Origin: Octopus bimaculoides
Taxonomy: Eukaryota
Assembly (NCBI RefSeq): GCF_001194135.2
Contig: NC_068981.1
Location: 108,367,213-108,431,212 of the forward strand
Length of the DNA: 64,000 nucleotides
Direction: 5' to 3'
Part shown: positions 1 to 13,556 of the stretch, piece by piece
Layout: every line of letters begins with the position of its first letter
Numbering within the stretch: position 1 is the first letter of the stretch
The notes under the pieces: generated by a model
What the model saw: only the letters and a program-made list of their open reading frames with translations
Told to the model about the DNA's origin: nothing
The model's database searches: none
Translations under genes and position numbers: made by a program

Positions 1-163
1 CTCCACACACATGTATATATACACATATATATATATACACACACACATATATATATACATATATATATATATACACACACATATATATATACACATATAT
101 ATATATACACACACACATATATATATATACATATATATATATACACACACATATATATACATA
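1..163. repeat. (TA)n/(CA)n compound microsatellite
   Basis: Directly visible dinucleotide runs. Confidence 0.95.
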
Positions 164-228
164 TGATTGACCGTTGACTGAACACTATTCAATTTTTTTT
201 CTCCGTGTTTTTCTCCTTGTCTCCGTAT

Positions 229-265
229 TCTTTCTGTTGAAGAGTGTAGCTCGAAACGTCAAAGA
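229..265 (+). ncRNA. Minimal type I hammerhead ribozyme-like motif (variant core) in a ~190-bp Penelope-like repeat
   Basis: Stem I tcttt/aaaga; core CTGTTGA plus an extra A; stem II GAG-tgtag-CTC; GAAA; palindromic stem III ACGT; GUC cleavage triplet. The core deviates from CUGANGA at position 6. Confidence 0.5.
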
Positions 266-435
266 CTTTCCGTATTCCCGAGCGTCATACTAATATATAC
301 TTTTGTTATTTACACCACCTGTCCTCGTCTGTTGTTATTATTTGTATATTCTCCCATATACACACACATATATATATACATATACTCATATAAATATACA
401 CATATATATACATATATTCACATAAATATACAAAT

Positions 436-468
<33 letters not shown>

Positions 469-1429
469 AATAAATACACACACACACACAAATAATTATA
501 TATAAAGTTAGATGTCAGGATGCCAGGCCTCATTGATAAAAGAAGCACAGTGGATGACAGCAGAGTGTTAATGCAAGCCAACATGAAAGAACATGTTAAA
601 ACAATGAGGATGATAGTCATAAACAACAACAATTACAGTAGCAGGGTGATAGTGATATAAACAGTGCTAAGTGGGACTAGATGACTCAGGCAAGATTTCA
701 GGTCATGACAAACACCAGTGCTGATTTAGTCAGCAAATGATTGTTTTCTTAATGTTAATACAGAATCTGATATTACTGTACAGTACTGACAAGATTTCTA
801 CCAAACTGCAAAAAGTTTAGAGTCACTGTCAAAGTACTGTCAAGTATAAACAAAAGAGTGCATCGGTGTGGCCCTGGAAAATATACATTAAGCACAACAC
901 TTCTTTCTTCATGACAAATTAGCATATAGAGAGAAGAAATGCATTTATTTTGATAGACTACCTCACTATATCAATCTATGAAGTAAATGTTAAGAACAGG
1001 ATAAAAACAAAAAAGGCCATTTTCAGCATAGTCTATGACAATTGTTTGGAACAGAAGAGTTTTTTAACTACCAAAAACACTGAACATATAATGAACAGAA
1101 GTGTTCTTGGAACTTCACTGAAAAAATGATAGGATCAAGTTCTAGGCACTGAAGACTTTGTTTAAAGAGATCTTCTCAGTAAGTGCACCTTTTTGATGCG
1201 AGTTATATAGTAAACGCTATAAAATGCTTTTATGTTATGGTTAATATGAAAATAACTTTCTTTTTACAACACTTTAGACGATCAATGAACAGACTAATTT
1301 GAACTGAAAGAAGCTTGAAATGATTAAAATATGGGTCATGCACTTTGTAATCAATAGCATTGTTGGTTATGGGTTTCAAATGGGCCAATCACTTGTATGC
1401 TGCATTTCTGGGAACAAAACTGACAAGGT

Positions 1430-1805
1430 TGTTGTTGGCACTCCGTCGCTTACGCCGACGAGGGTTCCAGTTGATCCGATCAACGGAACAGCCTGCGCGT
1501 TAAATTAACGTGCAAGTGGCTGAGCGCTCCACAGACACGTGTACCCTTAACGTAGTTCTCGGGGATATTCAGCGTGACACAGTGTGAGCCTTTGAATTAC
1601 AGGCACAACAGAAACAGGAAGTAAAAGTGAGAGAAAGTTGTGGTGAAAGAATACAGCAGGGATCGCCACCATCCCCTGCCGGAGCCTCGTAGAGCTTTAG
1701 GTGTTTTTGCTCAATAAACACTCACAATGTTTGGTCTGGGAATCGAAACTGCGATCCTATGACCGCGAGTCCGCTGCCCTAACCACTGGGCCATTGCACC
1801 TCCAC
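1430..1805 (-). mobile_element. tRNA-derived SINE with (AAC)n tail and 11-bp target-site duplication
   Basis: Minus strand starts GTGGAGGTGCAATGGCCCAGTGGTTAGGG (box A) ... GTTTCGATTCCC (box B) and ends CCAACAACAAC; actgacaaggt flanks it at 1419-1429 and 1806-1816. Confidence 0.85.
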
Positions 1806-3959
1806 ACTGACAAGGTACTTTTGCTCAATAGACCTATTTATTGCTAACTTTTTCTCTGTGTGTGAGTGAAGGCAGGTGGATTAGTTGTTAGGGTATTTGG
1901 CTCACTACCATAAGATTGCAAGTTTGATTCCAAGACTGGGTGGCCCATTGTCTCTTTGAGCAAGACACTTCATTTCCTGTTGCTCTAATCTACTCAGATA
2001 TTATGAACACCAGCCAAGTACTAGTGCAGCTCTCTCTCTCTCTCTCTTTCCAGCTGTCACATCCTCAATGTTCCACTGGATCATAGGTGACAGTGCTGAA
2101 AGGGTTTCTGCACATGGCTGGTACATGCTACCAAGATATCCTTAGTGATACATGTGTGTGTTTGTATGTGTTTATACAAGCAAAGGTACTCTGCAATGCT
2201 CAAGTATTGTATCAAGGTAGCATAAGGATGTGATGTAAGAGAAAATAACCTATTTCTAAAACATCTATCTACAAATGGAGCCTGGTGTGGCTCCTAACCT
2301 TACCAGCTCTTGTTCAATTATCCAACTCATGCATACCAACATGGAAAACAGACATTAAATAAGGATTCAGGCCAGAAGGGTTTGATTTGAGAAAGAATTA
2401 GCAGCTATTTCTAGCAAGTCGAGACAACCATGCAGATGCTCTCTCTCATTTCTTTACCCAAGTTTTTGTTTAGCCTCAACTTTCAGCACTGATTGATCAA
2501 ACTTACCCTGAAAGACATTCTATCCGTAACCACCCCATCTGTTTTCTTTTTTTTGCTTTTTTTTAAGCATATTATCTGAAGGCCTAAATTATCTTCTGTA
2601 TCATTTCTCTATTTTTTTGTACTATAATGGTGTGATATGAAAGACTTGGGCATTATTTCTAGTAGGCCAAGAGAACATAGGGAGGCACTTACATTAGTTT
2701 AACAGCAGACAAGTTGATTGAAAGCACTTTCCTTCTTTCTCTCTATGTATCTATATATCATTACCCACAACAACCGCTTTCCTTTTTCCCAGCTCTCTCC
2801 TTTTCTGCATGTATATCTCTCATTCTCTATCTCTCTATTCCATTTTCTCTGATTTTATCATGTTCTCTTTTGCATTACTTCTTTCTCTTTCACTTCAGGG
2901 GGAGGGGGATTTTTCAATAGAAATACATATTTTTTTAATGAATTTAAACACATTGCTAACTTTATATACCAAACAATATAAATGGTATACAAAAACTTTC
3001 CTGTGAGATGTCAAAATAACAACAAATCAGGGGTCTCATGGATGTTCACTCCATAATTTCTGAATAAAATGCAAATACATAATAACCTTCTACAGTTTCT
3101 GTCTATCAAATATCTCTCACAAGGGATCGGTGAAGCCACAGCTATGCCTGTCATGCAGTGGGATCAAACCCTGAAGTACATAATTGCAAAACAAACTTAA
3201 TAGCCAGACTGAAAGTTCAGATCAGTTGCAGACTTTTCCTAAGTAATAAACTTAACAAATTGTAGAGAATAAGCACAAGGTTTTCTGAGAATGTTACCAG
3301 CTGTAAACTGGTATCCTGATGTAAACATCATTTTCATAACATAAAAAAAAAAAGGAAGAAAGAAAACAACCAAAACAAAAATAAAAAGCAATTACAATAA
3401 TAATACTAGTAATAATAGAAATATACCTTTCTGGATGGTAGCAAAAATTGACAGTTGATTTAACCTACAAAAATATCTAATTGAAGCAATCTAACAAACC
3501 AAGTATCCTACTTCTAATGTTTTTATAATTAAATTTCTCTGTTCAGACTCTGAGGTAATAAATAATAATAAAAAAATATCAATTTCACATAGTGATGATT
3601 CTTGAAGTCAGACAAGAGATTATTTGATAATAATCCATTAAAAAATAATAGCTTTTATTTAATTTAACTGATACCCCAATTATCTTTACCATCATTTTAC
3701 ATGTTTACTGTGATATAAGCTCTGCTAAAATTAGGTCTTCAACCACCTAGTGTGCATCGGTTCATAGATATATATACACACAACTGTTGAAATTAACACA
3801 CTGTTCTATTTAAAGTCCTTTTTTAACACTCCAATTCATTTAACTTTTAATATTTCCACAATCTTTCAGAGCATTTCATATACTATTATATTTTTCATTT
3901 TAAGAGGTTGCTATTGCTGCCTATTCTTTAAACCATCATTAATTCCAATAGAAAGTAAA

Positions 3960-4325
3960 AAGCATGGCTTCTCAAACACTGTATGGCACCTTAGGCAAGT
4001 GTCTTCAACTATAGTCCCAGGTAAACCAAAGCCTTGTGAGTGGATCTGGTGAATGGAAACTGAAAAGAAGCTTGTCATATATATGTGTATATCTGTGTGT
4101 GTTTTTGTGTCTGTGTTTGTCCCCTCTATCCTTGCTTGACAACTGCTGTTGGTGTGTTTACTTCCCCATAACTTAGCGGTTCAGCAAAAGAGACCAATAG
4201 AATAAGTACTAGTCTTAAACAATAAGTCCTGGGGATGATTTGTTTGATTAAAATCCCTTCAAGGGTTTTTAATCCAGCATGGCAGCAGTCAAATGACTGA
4301 AACATGTAAAAGAATAAAAGAAATA
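3960..4325 (+). mobile_element. Bipartite tRNA-derived SINE (family B) with internal microsatellite
   Basis: caccttaggcaagtgtcttc...gaaactgaaaagaagc, then (TA/TG)n, then gcttgacaac...gaataagtact...ccagcatggc..cagtcaaatgactgaaac; many similar copies in the window. Confidence 0.8.
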
Positions 4326-4671
4326 AAGGAATTAAATCAGAAATTCATGCATGTTTTTATATTTAAAGATTTTAATATTCTTATTCTTTTACTGAATTCA
4401 GTCACTGGATGGCAGCTATGCCAAGGAAAATACCTTCAAAAGTTTAGTTGATTATATTGAGAGTTTTAGTTGGTTAAGTGGATCCCAGTATGTATTTTAG
4501 TGTGGTGCTTACTTTATTGATTACCTAGTTTTAGTGTAGTACATGAAATCCACACAACCCTTGGAAATATGAAAAAGTGACATAAAACGATGACGACTGT
4601 GTTATTGATCACCGTTAGTTAAACCAATAAATTATACAATATGAACATAGATACAGACACAAACATACAAA

Positions 4672-4995
4672 GGCATGGTTGTGTGGCCCTGTGTGATACC
4701 TTAGGCGAGTGTCTTCTACTATAACTGCAAACCACTGAGCGAATTTGCTAAACAGAAAATGTTGGAAGCCCATCATATATGTAAATACATGTATACGTGT
4801 GTTTATCGCTCATTGCTTGACAACCAATAGAAGTTTATTTACAGCCACATAACTTAATAGTTCCTCAAAAAGAAACATAAGTACCAGTCTAAAATAAGTA
4901 CTGTAGTTTATTACTGTGGATCAGTTGTTAACACTTCAGAGCAGTGTCCCAACAAGGCCACAGTACAATGACCAAAACAGGTAAAAGAATAAAAG
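4672..4995 (+). mobile_element. SINE family B copy (diverged)
   Basis: Same head, internal TA tract and tail as 3960-4325. Confidence 0.7.
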
Positions 4996-6451
4996 CTTTT
5001 GCATAGTTTCCATTTACTACATTTTGCTCAAAAAGCATTGGTTACCTTGCCCAACACTTGCCCAAGATGCCAAACAATAGGATCAAACCCAGAGGCATGT
5101 GGCTGCAAAGCAAACTTCTTAACCACATTGTTATACTAGTTCTTGGTATTTATACTTTCAGATATTTAAATAACAAACAATAGTTACTATCAGCAGAGAC
5201 AATACTAATCTCAAAATATACAAAAGAGTTTATCACAAAATTGTGAGTGTAACTTTCTAATATTTTATTTTGGAGTATGCAAATTAATTGCTATTTCAAC
5301 TTGCAATAAACTGATGACCTATCCAGGGTGAGAAATATCACTTATCTGCTTAACCATTTAGCATTCAGGTTACTCTATCAAATGTAATGCTTATTTACTT
5401 ATATTGTTATGAATTAATCATGAATATCTCATGGCTTCAAGATTTAGATGATGTAATTATTTACTTTTAGAATGACATTGTAGGAAAGATGTGAGACTGA
5501 ATCTTGTCAGTTTCAACATAAAACAGATAGAATATTTGGGCTAGATATGACCAGTTTAAATGCTAAAGGCTTAATACCATAAGACACAGTTAAGTACCAA
5601 TCCTTACTAGCACTTTAGAGCTTAAGACATTAGTTATGCTGTATTCTGGTATTGACAATTGATCTGAGGTTTTTTACAGAGATATCTTTCATTGCATAAC
5701 TGAAATACCATTGCATAACTGAAATACCATTGCACGTTGTCAACAATTCAAAAATCTCAAGAATTCCAATTCAAAATATAAATAAATCAATACAATAAGT
5801 CAAATACTTAAAACAGTAAAGTATTCCACAAAATAATTCAAATATTAGAAAGTTAACATGCCTTCTGAATTATTCTTTAAACAAGTAAAAACATTACATT
5901 CCAGCTTATTATTTTACACACACATACACACAGACAAGCTTGTCATTTTGTATACATAGTTACATTGTCCAGTTGATCTTTCTTAATTTATGACAGTAGG
6001 GTATAACTTGAGAATTTGGCTGCTGTTTCTAGTAAATTGAGTAACCATGCAGGGGCCTTCTCTCAATGACTGAAAGTAAACTTAGTTGTTTAGCCCTAAA
6101 TCTCACTTTATCAGCTATTAAAGACATTTCAGTCATGAATGTTCCCATCTCGTTTATATATCAGGAACTATATTTAAAATATCCTTTATTTAAAAAGATA
6201 GGGTGTGACTTGGTCGGATAAAGTTTCAGTTACATGTACACATATACTTATATATGCTTCAATATAAGAGAATGAAATTAAAACAACCAGCCTTTAACAA
6301 ATGTATAACTTGTAGACATGATTTTTAATAATTTTAATATGTTTAAATTAAAAATAAATCTCTTTGAAATAAGGAGGTTAAATTGACTCTCCTAATGATG
6401 ATGTTAAAGTTATTGTCAACATTCTACCTATTCATAAAACTATTCCAAGTA

Positions 6452-7264
6452 CAGGGTGTCTCAAAAGTCACTGATGGGTTTCAGTTTTTAATAACTTCTT
6501 TAACTTTACAAATAAAGGCATGAAATTTTGATACAATGCAAAGGACATAATGGAAATTAATATGCAACACCACTACTTCACATATGAAAAATGACATTGC
6601 TTAAATGGCAGTCATTTTTGGCTTCACATGCCTGTGCTCTTTCCAAAACTTGCACCATAACACCCTCAAGAGTTCCAGACCTCACTTCTCTGATTTCTCA
6701 ATTGATGTTCTCCTTCAGTTGCACCAGGGTCTCTGGTTTGTTGATGTAAACCCTCTCTTTCAGGTATCCCCACAAGAAAAAATCTGGGCTAGTCAAGTCT
6801 GGGGAATGTGAAGGCCAGTTGACATTGCCATAGCAGGAGATTATTCTCTCTCCAAAGCACTAATGTAGCAACTGCATTGTTTCTCTTGTGGTATGAGCAA
6901 TTGCTCCATCTTGCTGGAACCATGAGCAAGGTCTACTTTGAATGGCCGAGTGCAAAAAGGTCTCAATCATTGATAATTGAAATAGAGGGTTTACGTCAAC
7001 AAATTGGAGACCCTGGTGCAACTGAAGGAGAACATCAATGGAGAAATCAGAGAAATGGGTTTTGAAACTCTTGAAGGTGTTATGGTACAAGTTTTGGAAA
7101 TAGCAGTTGTATGAAACCAAAAATGGCTGTCATTTAAGGAATGTCATTTTTCATAATAATTTCTATTATGTCCTTTATATTGTATCAAAATTTCATGCAT
7201 TTATTTGTAAAGTTAAGGAAGTCATAAAAAACTGAAACCAATCAGTGACTTTTGAGGCACACTG
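6452..7264. mobile_element. Fold-back non-autonomous mariner (DD41D rosa-type) with two 3' ends
   Basis: TA-flanked TIRs cagggtgtctcaaaagtcact / agtgacttttgaggcacactg. Minus strand encodes WFQQDGAIAHT...WPSHSPDLTSPDFFLWGYLKERVY (41 residues between the two D; one in-frame stop). Arms of about 300 bp are inverted copies. Confidence 0.88.
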
Positions 7265-8637
7265 TATAAACATCTCTATAATCTGATACTGGTGTAACTG
7301 GTCCAATAACCCATTTTAGAAAATAAGTGGGCTTACATATACAAACAGTGAAAGTACAGGTTTCATGCCACAGCTGCATTTAAGTGGATTTTGTATTTAA
7401 AAAAACAACAACAAAAACATTTCTACCTGTTTGAAAAATGCATCTTTGACAAAATAAATTTGCATTGTAAAAAGAAAGTATCATCATCATCATTGCTTTT
7501 TACATCTGCTTTTTCAATACTGGCACAGATTTAATGAGACTTCTTGAGGTCAAGCCGTACTTGTTTTCGAGTAAAGTTCTTTATTCCTACTAGACCTGCA
7601 CATGCTGAACCACCAAGCTGCAGGACATAAACAAATGTCACTACTTCCAGTTAGTGTCAATACAACAATTTGCAAACACAAAGTTAAAATCTTTTTTGGA
7701 TAAAAAAAACATCTAAGACAGCCTGTGACTGTCCCATGGGCAACCTTCGATTTTATTCAATCCAAAAGTGTTTTAACCCAATATTTACATGTAGCTTTAT
7801 GTACTTCAAGTTCTATAGTTAAAACTAATTATTTTGAATTCTCCGAATTCTTATAACATAAAATACATACATACATATATATATATATATAATTGGCATG
7901 GGCTAGAAAGTTTGACAAAATTCAATGAGCTAGAAGACTATTGAGCTCCAATGTCTGCTTTGGCATGGCTTTTATGGCTTAATGCCCTTCCTAATGCCAA
8001 ACACAATACAAAGTGTACTTGGTGATTTTTGTGATAATGGTGCAAGCGATGTCACCAAGTAACTTGCAAAGCAAAAAGCAAAGCCCACTCAACTGAGTGG
8101 GTAGCATTATGCCAGGTGTTGAGAGGCTAAAATATGATAGAGGGACAGGTACAGGTGTCTTACTATCGAAGAGATACACGGCTACCTTATCAATATATAC
8201 AATATATTACATATTTTTGTATATACACACCCTTCTTTTGTGAGTAACACTTTAGTGTTTGAAGTTGTTGAATTTGTTCCAATTTATAAGATTTATACTT
8301 TCTAAATCATTTGACATGAGCTGGAGTCATTCTGTTTATTTTTTGCATTTGACAAACAATGCTTAATGAAATAGTTTTCTAAGTTATCCAACAGCATTTC
8401 TCCTCTCTTGTTATAACAGCACCTCTACTTAATTGTTCTACTTGTCTTTTGTATTTGAGAATTCATTTTGCCTTTTTAATGTTTAACTAATCTTATCTTG
8501 CATATAATAAAATGCAATGTGTTTCACATTGGTCACGCTGGCAGAGGGAAACCAAAACAACAAATAAGTTTCACACACATAAATATACATGAAACTCCAT
8601 ATTATATACTCTTTTGTCATCACAATATCATTCATGC

Positions 8638-8681
<44 letters not shown>

Positions 8682-9474
8682 CGTGCGCGTGCGTGTGCGT
8701 GTGTTTATACAGCTGTTGATTTCCCAGAAGCAGCAAATTTCAGAACTCAATACCAACGTAGAGTGTTCTTTAATACATTATAACTGGACACTACTGTTTG
8801 ATTCAATCTTTGAATCAATCTATTCCAGGGGGCAGGGATCTTTTTTAACCAATTACCCCAAAATATATTTATTTATGCTGGTGTTATCCCCTTGATTTGA
8901 AAGGTAAATCATAGATTCTTTGTATTCAAAAAGTTTATTGAATCTACTTTATTGAATCTATTCATATGAGTCTATTTACATATTCATTACATTAGACAGG
9001 TGCAGTATTGCCAGAAAAAAAAAATTTGTTGTAACAAGGAACAGGTTGTTTTTTTTATATAATTTTATCTATGTCTAGTGAGTCCTCATTACCCCAAAGA
9101 ATTTCATTTTTACCCCACTTGGGGTAATTTACCTTGGTTCCCTGACCCCTGACCTATACTATTGACTTTGCCAGACAGTTACCGTCTAGATAGTTCTCTA
9201 GATAGTAGATAGTTCTCTACATAGTAGATAGTAGATAGTTCTCACAAATTCTACGGGTGCATGATTTTTGTTGGTTAGCTGTTTGTATCTCTCTTCTACT
9301 CTGCTTTGCAACATTATAACTTCTGATATAGCACCCAAAATTTTTGCAAGCTTAATAATAACTTATACATTCTTTCCATTTAATCCGTCTTTCTGTTCTT
9401 TTTGGTGATAAACTCCTTTTGTATATTTGAGGTAACATGTTCACACACACACACACACACACATATGTATGCAC

Positions 9475-9522
9475 ATGCAACAATGTATGATGGATTGGTA
9501 GGCAGAAACTAAAAGAAGCTTG

Positions 9523-9607
<85 letters not shown>

Positions 9608-9775
9608 TGTGTGTGTGTTTGTCTCCCACCAATGCTTGATTTATGTATGTCCCTGTAACTGAACATAAGAAACTGATAGAATAAGTACCCAGCTTAAAAA
9701 ATAAATACTGGGGTCAATCTGTTCAACTAAATCCCCTGTACTACATTGCTGCAGTCTAATGACTGGAACATAATC
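9475..9775 (+). mobile_element. SINE family B copy with long internal (TG)n expansion
   Basis: gaaactaaaagaagct, then (TG)n at about 9525-9618, then gcttga...gatagaataagtacc...ggggtcaat. Confidence 0.75.
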
Positions 9776-9930
9776 AATGTACAGGCATGAATATGCACCT
9801 TGAGCAAGTGCGTTCTATAACCCAGGGCCAACTAAAGCCTTGTGAGTATGTATAGGTATGTGCACACACAGACACACACACATATATACATATGCATATA
9901 TACATATATATAAATATATAGAGATTTATA

Positions 9931-9976
<46 letters not shown>

Positions 9977-10042
9977 NNNNNNNNNNNNNNNNNNNNNNNN
10001 NNNNNNNNNNNNNNNNNNNNNNNNNNNNNNNNNNNNNNNNNN
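9977..10042. other. Assembly gap (N)
   Basis: N run inside (TA)n. Confidence 0.99.
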
Positions 10043-10081
10043 ATATATATGCTTTATTTAAAAGCAGCAGAAATATAACAA

Positions 10082-10128
10082 AAAACTGTTACTCGGAGTT
10101 TCACGTTCTCGTTCATCGGACAGTTTTG
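10082..10128 (-). ncRNA. Minimal type I hammerhead ribozyme-like motif
   Basis: Minus strand: aaaactgt CCGATGA ACG-agaa-CGT GAAAC tccga GT A acagtttt. This gives an 8-bp stem I, a 3-bp stem II, a near-palindromic stem III and a GUA triplet. A homologous copy lies at 62487-62533. Confidence 0.68.
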
Positions 10129-11589
10129 TTAGAAATATATATATATATAGAGAAACCATAACAACCAAGAGGTATGAGAGGTGAATATATATTTATTTAA
10201 CCATGTAACATCCTTAGAATTACAGCCATTTCACATCCTTCTCAATTTCAGTGCAGAAGAAACTATGCTTACATGTTTGCATTAATATGTATGCCCCGCA
10301 CCCACCCCATTATACAATTGTATATCCACAAATCAATGGAAATAAAGAAAGCTAGCTCATGAGATCACCAGAACATCATGGTTACACCAACAATCAACCC
10401 AGTGTGTGCGTGTGTGTGTGTGTTTGTATGTTTTACTGTCTCCTTGCCTTCACATTGAGCAGTGGTTTTAAGCAAGTGTCACTGACATGCAAGGGGTGTT
10501 CTTGTTTCCAATCTTCCTCGTAATCATATCTGGGCATGGTGAAACATTAATTTGCTTGGAAGCAGGTAAGTGTTAGCAACAGGAACGGTATCTGACTATA
10601 CAAAATCTGTCTGATCTATGCAAGCATGGAAAATTGGATGTTTCACACACACACACACACACACACATTACATTGACGATAATATTTTCAACCCAAATGT
10701 TACAACTGTTCAATTGCTGTTCTTTTATCAATGGTTTCTCCCATTGTTTTGATGACCCATTTTCAATCATTAATAAAACTGTTGGAATTGATGACACAGG
10801 TCTGCTAGTATTTTATAAGAGTGGGTGGGAATAGCTGGAAAGATAAAGATGTTGGTGATGAGAAGTTGAGTATAAAAGAAAGTATAAAACTGAGGATCGG
10901 GGACTAAAGGATTGGAGTGGATAAGTTCATAAGAGTGTGAAAGGAGAGCGACAGATGGTTAGAGACAGGGGTAGAGATGAGTGTAGTGAATGATGTTACG
11001 ACGGTGGTGTGGTCTGGTCAATAGTAAATATCAGTTTGAGGGAAAAGGTAGAAGAAACCAGTTCAGAAAGGAGAAGGTGATAAGTGGCTGTACAGGAAGG
11101 GTGGAGAGGAGTTGTATAATAAATCTGTTGATATATCAGAAAATAAGATGATGTGCAAGATGGGAGAGAGATGTACAGGGACCGAGATGAAGGTCAGAAG
11201 TATGCAGTGGTGGCTCTAGTGGTGGGGGGGGGGACAAAGAAGGGGATGTTGATGGCAGATATGAGAGAGTGATGAGAGTGAAAGAAGATACAAGGTGTGG
11301 AAAGTGATACCAGATATGAGAGGGTGTTAAAGATAAAGTACGGCAGTCCTGAGATGTAGCCCAGAGAAGGAGAAGAGATAATAAAAACAAAGAAAGAAAT
11401 GAACAATAGAAAATAATAAAGTAGGAAAGGATGATATTGAGAATGAGGAATGACTGGCAAAGGAGAAGGGGAGGTAACTAGTAACACAAAGGAGATAGAA
11501 TATGTGCTAATTCTATTGTGATACAGCAGCTGAATAAGATGGGTGTTAGAAAAATGAGAGGTGGAGAGACAGACTGGGTGCAAGGGAAT

Positions 11590-12340
11590 ATGCATAAACA
11601 TAATGCTTTTAGGACTTCACTTTCACCATGACAGAGAGGTCTTTTTGTGCACAGCAAAATACCAATCCTCTTGTTCCTTTGTCATCTCCTCCATAAGGCT
11701 CAACATCTTTCAATCAACCTTTGCTACTTTATTCCATGTCTTCCTCTTCCACAAGTTCCACCCACTTCTTTATACAATTGTCATCATCCATATGCATCAC
11801 ATAGTTATACTACTACAGTCTTCTCTCTTGTACACAAGATCCCTTTTAGGCCCAATTTTCCTTTCAACACATTTGCACTTTGTTGTACATACACACTGAT
11901 GTTACACATTCACTGAAACATACCTTTCTAGCATTCACATGTCCTCTGCATTCAGAACCCATGTCTCACTACCATGTAACATCACAGTTTGTACACAAGC
12001 ATTATACAATCTACTTGGGATTTTGTTAAGGTAACTTTAAGACCTTTTGGTTCCAGGTTTTGCTTCCACACCTGGAATGTCTTTTCTGGCTTTATTTCAG
12101 ATTCTGTTATAGAAATGAGGTCATCAGCATACAGTAGTTCCCAAGGGCAACTTCCTCTTTTATAGCCAGCAGGACTATGATGAATAGGAGGGGATTGAGA
12201 ACCAAGCCCTGGTGAATTCCCACCTGTACACTAAATTCACTGCAGCACTTGTTGCTAGCTCTCTGACTATGCCTTACTGAGAACGCCCCTGTACATGGCT
12301 TGTATAATTGTCACAAGCCATTTGTCTACCCCTAGTTTTA
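11590..12340 (-). mobile_element. Old RTE-type LINE reverse-transcriptase remnant
   Basis: tcatcagcatacagtagttcccaagggcaac reads CPWELLYADD on the minus strand; degenerate flanking similarity to other RTE copies. Confidence 0.65.
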
Positions 12341-13517
12341 TTCAAAGATACTACTAAAGTTCTTAAAGTTTGGCACAAACTTTTAGCTTAATATAGTTTC
12401 TAACCTTATCACTTCCCAATGATTTCGTTACAGAATAATGCAAACTATCCTTTAAGGTATTTAAACCTTAAGCATAATAAACTTCTAATTTCAGTTGTTT
12501 TAAAGCCATATTATCTTAGTAAGGTAGACATCTAGTTAAATTTGGATTTAAATATTTCCTAGTATAACTTCAAGTCGTATCTTGTTTTAACAAGAGCTCA
12601 CAGAGTTAGTAAGACACTGAGCTATGATCAATTCTATGTCGTGAATCCAAATTTTGATACATCCTAGAATCCTTATAGGTAGTTTGTTTGAAACTTATAC
12701 GTTGTCTCACAGAGAAGTAGAAGCTTCTAGTATTAAATGGCAACATTTAAAATTGAAAAGTAATTCAGCACCTGGCATGATTTAATCTGATGGATTTACT
12801 GTTTGCACTTGAAGTCCTATTGACAAAACCAGAAACTTTGCCAAACTTCCTTTATGACTTAAAATAATCTTTGAACTAAGAAGAAAATTTGAGAAAGTAT
12901 GGTGGAGACAACTGGTCTACTTAATATTAAATTACATAGAGCACAAAACCTTAACATAATTTCCATTTAAAATAAATTGCTAGCATATTTCTATATTTTC
13001 TGCCTGTATTTTCTCCCAATGAGATTATATTTCCTTTCCATCAGGAAATATAACCGGTTATAAAACATCTGCTCCAACAAGTCACAAATAGTCTTCTACT
13101 CACCATTCAAATCACAACAGAAAAGAAAAGACAGATGAACATACATTAACAACAAAATGAACCATGTGGTTGAGAACTTTGCTTTGTAACTTCATGATTT
13201 CAGGTTCAATTCTACTATGCATTATCAGGAGTAATTATTTTCTACCATAGCTTCAAGTCACCAAAAGCTTTTCAAGTAAAATTAGCAAATGGAAACAGTA
13301 TATAAAGCCACCAACGGACTTTTCCAATTCTTGGTTGATTAAATATACACCATCAAGTTAGTGGTAACCTTAAAGTAAGTCCACTGTTGCAAACATTCAG
13401 ATCAGGTTTCAGATCTAAGGATAATTTTCCCCCTTCTTTAACCAATCACAACAAAAATAAATCGTGTGCAGTGCTTTTCCTCTTTTGACCATGACCGAGT
13501 AATTAATTACAACCATG

Positions 13518-13553
<36 letters not shown>

Positions 13554-13556
<3 letters not shown>

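Noticed and set aside
5690-5732. 19-bp tandem duplication attgcataactgaaatacc
   Set aside because: An ordinary slippage duplication.
9085-9250. ttacccca-ct-tggggtaa palindrome and (tagatagttctc) short repeats
   Set aside because: Short, probably a decayed DNA-transposon fragment plus slippage; no supporting structure.
10211-10270. Possible second hammerhead remnant (minus strand GAAATGGCTGTA-attcta) upstream of the 10082 motif
   Set aside because: It has a stem III-like element but no recognisable CUGANGA core or stem II; too degenerate to call.
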